Part shown: in pieces, positions 43,997-47,018 of the stretch
Position numbering within the stretch: position 1 is the first letter of the stretch
Layout of the letters: the number at the start of each line of letters is the position of its first letter
DNA from: a virus
Taxonomy: Duplodnaviria > Caudoviricetes
IMG/VR virus record: IMGVR_UViG_3300043478_000062
Coordinates: 1-47,018 of that record
Length of the DNA: 47,018 nt
Reading direction: 5' to 3' (one strand)
Position numbers and translations under genes: made by a program
Notes under the pieces: model-generated
What the model was told of the DNA's origin: nothing
The model's input: the letters and a program-made list of their open reading frames with translations, nothing else
Databases searched by the model: none

Positions 43997-44914
43997 CCTG
44001 TACCCCGCCGACAGGCCGCCCGCGGCTCCGCCGCTGGCCCCGGAGAACAGGGCCCGCTCGGAGGTGACCAGGCCGCGCTTCCTGGCGGTGGAGTCGGCAC
44101 TCGTGCCGAATACGGACTGCTCCTCCTCCACCTGGCCGAAGGTCGTGCCGAACCGCGCCGCCAGCGCCTGGAGATTCGGCAGCTCCTCGGCGACCTGCTG
44201 GAAGCCCTGGCTGGCCTGGGACTGGGAGAAGCCCTGTGTGACGTAGTCCTCCATGCGCTGCCGGTCGCTCAGCAGGCCCCTGCGGGCCGCCTCGGCACCG
44301 AAGGCCGCAGCGGCCTCCTGCTTCTGGAGCAGCGGCAAAGCCTTGCCCTGGTCCAGGAAGTACGCATTGATGTGGGCGTCATCGACGCCGTAATAGGCGG
44401 CGAGCTGGGCTTTGGTGTACGCGTCCGCCTGGGTGGTGCTGGCCACCGCCAGGTCCACCCGGGACTTGATCTCTGTCGGCGACACGTCGCCGCCGATCCA
44501 GTTCGCATAATCCGAAGGCGAGTCGTAGAAGCTGGCCGGCAGGCCGGCAGAGGCCATGATCTGGCGGTAACTGGCCTCGGTGGCCAGGTAGTCGGCCGGG
44601 TTGAGCACGGCCAGGCCCTGCTTCTTGCGCAGCTCGTTGCCCGCAAAGCGGGTCTTGTACTCCGCGGTCTCCTGGAGCAGGAGCGAGATCGTATCCGCGC
44701 TGTACCCGTTCTGGATGTAACTGAAGATCTTGCCCGCCAGCGTGCCCAGGCCGTAGCTGGTGAACAGGGCGTTCAGGGCCACAAAGGCGTCCCTGTTCGC
44801 CCCGGTGAGCTGGCTCTCGAAGGACGGCGCGGGAGGCGGGGGGCGCGAGATCCCCGACTCGCCCGAGGCCTTCGGTGGCCCCGTGGACTCCGCGGCCAGC
44901 ACCGGTCCGCTCAT
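43988..44914 (-). CDS. putative internal virion protein (308 aa)
   Basis: Last gene of the ejection-protein block; helical, Ala-rich. Confidence 0.7.
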   Translation of the reverse strand: MSGPVLAAESTGPPKASGESGISRPPPPAPSFESQLTGANRDAFVALNALFTSYGLGTLAGKIFSYIQNGYSADTISLLLQETAEYKTRFAGNELRKKQGLAVLNPADYLATEASYRQIMASAGLPASFYDSPSDYANWIGGDVSPTEIKSRVDLAVASTTQADAYTKAQLAAYYGVDDAHINAYFLDQGKALPLLQKQEAAAAFGAEAARRGLLSDRQRMEDYVTQGFSQSQASQGFQQVAEELPNLQALAARFGTTFGQVEEEQSVFGTSADSTARKRGLVTSERALFSGASGGAAGGLSAGYRAT

Positions 44915-46180
44915 CTAGAACACCATTCCCCACTGCTGAAGCACCTGGTGTGCGGTCTGCGTCGCACTGTCCTGCGCGTTCTGCGTCTTCTTCCAGAGCG
45001 GGTCCGCCCGGAGGTCGTTTTCGAACTGCCAGATGCTGTACGCCTGACCGCCCTTGTTGGCGGTCATGGCCTTGGCCACATGGCCGTTGAACAGATCCAC
45101 GGAGCTGTCCGGCACCTCCAGGATGCCGGAAACGGCCCTGATGTACGGGCTGGCCAGGTCCATGACGTTCTGGCCCGCCCTGATCTGGTCGGCGAAGGCC
45201 GAGTACTTCGCCGCCGCCTGCTTCCGGATAGCCGCCTCTGCGGCCTCCATGGTGTCCCGCCCGGACGCCACGCGCCGGGCCTCGGTGAAGTACCAGGTGT
45301 TGTACTTCATGCCATTGAGGTACGCCAGACTGTGGATCTTGTCGAAGGCTTCCCCGGCTTCGCCCAGCATGGTCTGGCCGTGCATGGTCACCTGGGCGCC
45401 CAGCCAGTCCTTGACCCGCGCCTCGGACCAGCCGAGCGCAAGCGAGTTGTACACCGCGGAGTTCAGGAGCTGCTTGTCGTGGGCAGTTCCCCGCATCAGG
45501 TCGCCCGCGCCGACCTGTACGGCCAGGGCGTTGACCGAGTACAGGCTCTGCTGCTGCTTCTGCTTCCAGGTGGCCGGGTCGGTGTACCGCAGCGTGATGT
45601 ACTGCCGCAGCGTGTCGGACTGTGTGGACCACCACTTGGTGTTTTTCAGCTTCGCCGTGAAGACATCGGCGGACCAGGAGCCCGCCACCGCCTTCTTGAA
45701 CAGGGCCTTCAGCTCCTTAGAGCTGTTGATCAGGCCCGCACTCAGGCCGTAGGAGTCGGCCAGAGCACTGGTGTCCAGTGGTGCAATCGTTCCACCCACG
45801 GCTGCTCCGCCTCCTGCGCTGGTCCCGCCGGAGGCGGCCAGGACCTTGTTGACGTACTGGCGGACGGTGTTGCCGCCGTCCGAGGCCCGGCTGTTCGGGT
45901 TCGGCTGCCCGCTGAACCACATGCTGGCGGCGCCTTCGGCGCCGTACTTCCTGAAGTAGCCGCCCAGGATCACCTGGGCCACCTTGTCCTGCGCGGACCT
46001 GGATGCCCGGAACTGCTGCCAGGTCATCGCATACCCCAGTGCCCTCTTCGTCCAGGACGGGATATTCGCCTTCATGACCTGGTAGGCGCCCACGGCGCCG
46101 ATGGAGTTCACTACGGAGTAGTTCCCGCCGGACTCCACCTGGCGGATACCCGCCAGGAGCTGGGCCAGGGTCAGGGCCAT
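44915..46180 (-). CDS. lysozyme-like/lytic transglycosylase virion protein (421 aa)
   Basis: IRQVESGGNY...GAVGAYQVM catalytic Glu motif; YVNKV; C-terminal domain paralogous to the NlpC/P60 protein. Confidence 0.85.
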   Translation of the reverse strand: MALTLAQLLAGIRQVESGGNYSVVNSIGAVGAYQVMKANIPSWTKRALGYAMTWQQFRASRSAQDKVAQVILGGYFRKYGAEGAASMWFSGQPNPNSRASDGGNTVRQYVNKVLAASGGTSAGGGAAVGGTIAPLDTSALADSYGLSAGLINSSKELKALFKKAVAGSWSADVFTAKLKNTKWWSTQSDTLRQYITLRYTDPATWKQKQQQSLYSVNALAVQVGAGDLMRGTAHDKQLLNSAVYNSLALGWSEARVKDWLGAQVTMHGQTMLGEAGEAFDKIHSLAYLNGMKYNTWYFTEARRVASGRDTMEAAEAAIRKQAAAKYSAFADQIRAGQNVMDLASPYIRAVSGILEVPDSSVDLFNGHVAKAMTANKGGQAYSIWQFENDLRADPLWKKTQNAQDSATQTAHQVLQQWGMVF

Positions 46181-47018
46181 CTAGGTCACCAGCCCCATGG
46201 ACTGGAGCACCTGGTGCCCGACCTGGATGGTGTGGTCCTGGGCATTGCGGGTCTTGCGCCAGGCCGGGTCAGCGCGCAGGGCGCCCTGGTAGTCCGACAG
46301 GGACATGGGGGCCGGCAGGCCCTGCCGGTTGGCCTGGTTCAGGGCGGCCCGCACCCTGGGGTGCCAGACCGTCACATCGGTCTCGGGCAGCTCCAGCTGC
46401 TGGGCCGTCATCTGGATGTAGGGCTGCGCGATGTCGCGCATCGTGGCACCGGCAGTGATCTGCTCGGCGAAGCCGGGATAGGTGGAAATGGCCTGCTGGC
46501 GCAGGCCGTCCTGGATCTGCTGCATGCTGGTCAGGCCGCGCTCCAGGTACGCGGCCGAGTTCTTGGCCGTCTGGTCGGAGACGCGTACGCCCTGGTCGTA
46601 GGCGTAGCCGGTGATCTGCTGATAGGCGGCCCCGGCCTGGCCGCCGAGCGTGTGGTCCTTGCGGAAGGTGACGTACTGGCCCAGGAAGTTCTGGATCTGG
46701 GGGTCGTTCCACTGGTAGTCCACCATGTTCTTGGCAAGCTGCTGCGCCTGCTTGCCGGACAGGATGGCGCCCATCTTCACCGCGGCCTCGGAGGCCGCCG
46801 CCTGGGCGGCGGACAGCTCCGCCTTGTACGTGGCCGGGTCCGTCTTGGCCATGACCTGCGCCTTACGCGCAGAGTCCGAATTGTCTTTCCACCATTTGGT
46901 GTTTTTCAGGTGGGACGTGAACACGTCCGGGGTCCACTGCTCCGCAACGGCGGAGCCCAGGAGCTTCATCAGCTCCGGCTGGGACTTGAAGAACGCGTAG
47001 GACATGCCGTACTCGTCC
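46181..47018 (-). CDS. NlpC/P60 virion protein, 3' part (C-terminal domain paralogous to 44915..46180)
   Basis: ORF 46181..47005 is the in-frame continuation across the circular junction. Confidence 0.88.
   Translation of the reverse strand, partial: DEYGMSYAFFKSQPELMKLLGSAVAEQWTPDVFTSHLKNTKWWKDNSDSARKAQVMAKTDPATYKAELSAAQAAASEAAVKMGAILSGKQAQQLAKNMVDYQWNDPQIQNFLGQYVTFRKDHTLGGQAGAAYQQITGYAYDQGVRVSDQTAKNSAAYLERGLTSMQQIQDGLRQQAISTYPGFAEQITAGATMRDIAQPYIQMTAQQLELPETDVTVWHPRVRAALNQANRQGLPAPMSLSDYQGALRADPAWRKTRNAQDHTIQVGHQVLQSMGLVT
46892..47018. repeat. 127-bp terminal direct repeat, right copy
   Basis: Identical to 1-127; unique genome length 46,891 bp. Confidence 0.95.

Overview
The window is an apparently complete, circularly assembled genome of about 46.9 kb (bases 1-127 repeat exactly at 46892-47018) from a very GC-rich temperate actinophage. 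The host is most likely Streptomyces (WhiB, a DUF5753/DUF397 pair, near absence of TTA codons), and the gene set is podovirus-like. The minus-strand late arm runs from 13860 across the contig junction to 35770: intein-containing terminase with an N-terminal TerS-like HTH, amidase endolysin, portal, large internal/ejection proteins, paralogous NlpC/P60 and lysozyme-like virion proteins, scaffold, major capsid, tail adaptor/fibre/nozzle, stand-alone PG-binding protein and holin-like proteins. The plus-strand arm (15849-35721) holds small early genes separated by structured spacers, an HTH-less DUF5753 plus DUF397 pair, tRNA-Ile(GAT), an HTH regulator, a large serine integrase, a WhiB fusion, a Cas4-like nuclease, a DnaB-like helicase, a SLOG protein, a resolvase and a split primase. 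I found no DNA polymerase. Most notable: (1) an intein in the terminase Walker A motif ending ...TRN followed by Gly, so no +1 nucleophile; (2) a candidate attP inside the integrase 3' end that would remove an ssrA-like ...AVAA tail on integration; (3) a hammerhead-ribozyme-like element before the first early gene, plus a family of covarying stem-loops after early-gene stops; (4) a ~1.3 kb hairpin-packed non-coding block; (5) two candidate operator families. All calls are by eye; no searches were run.
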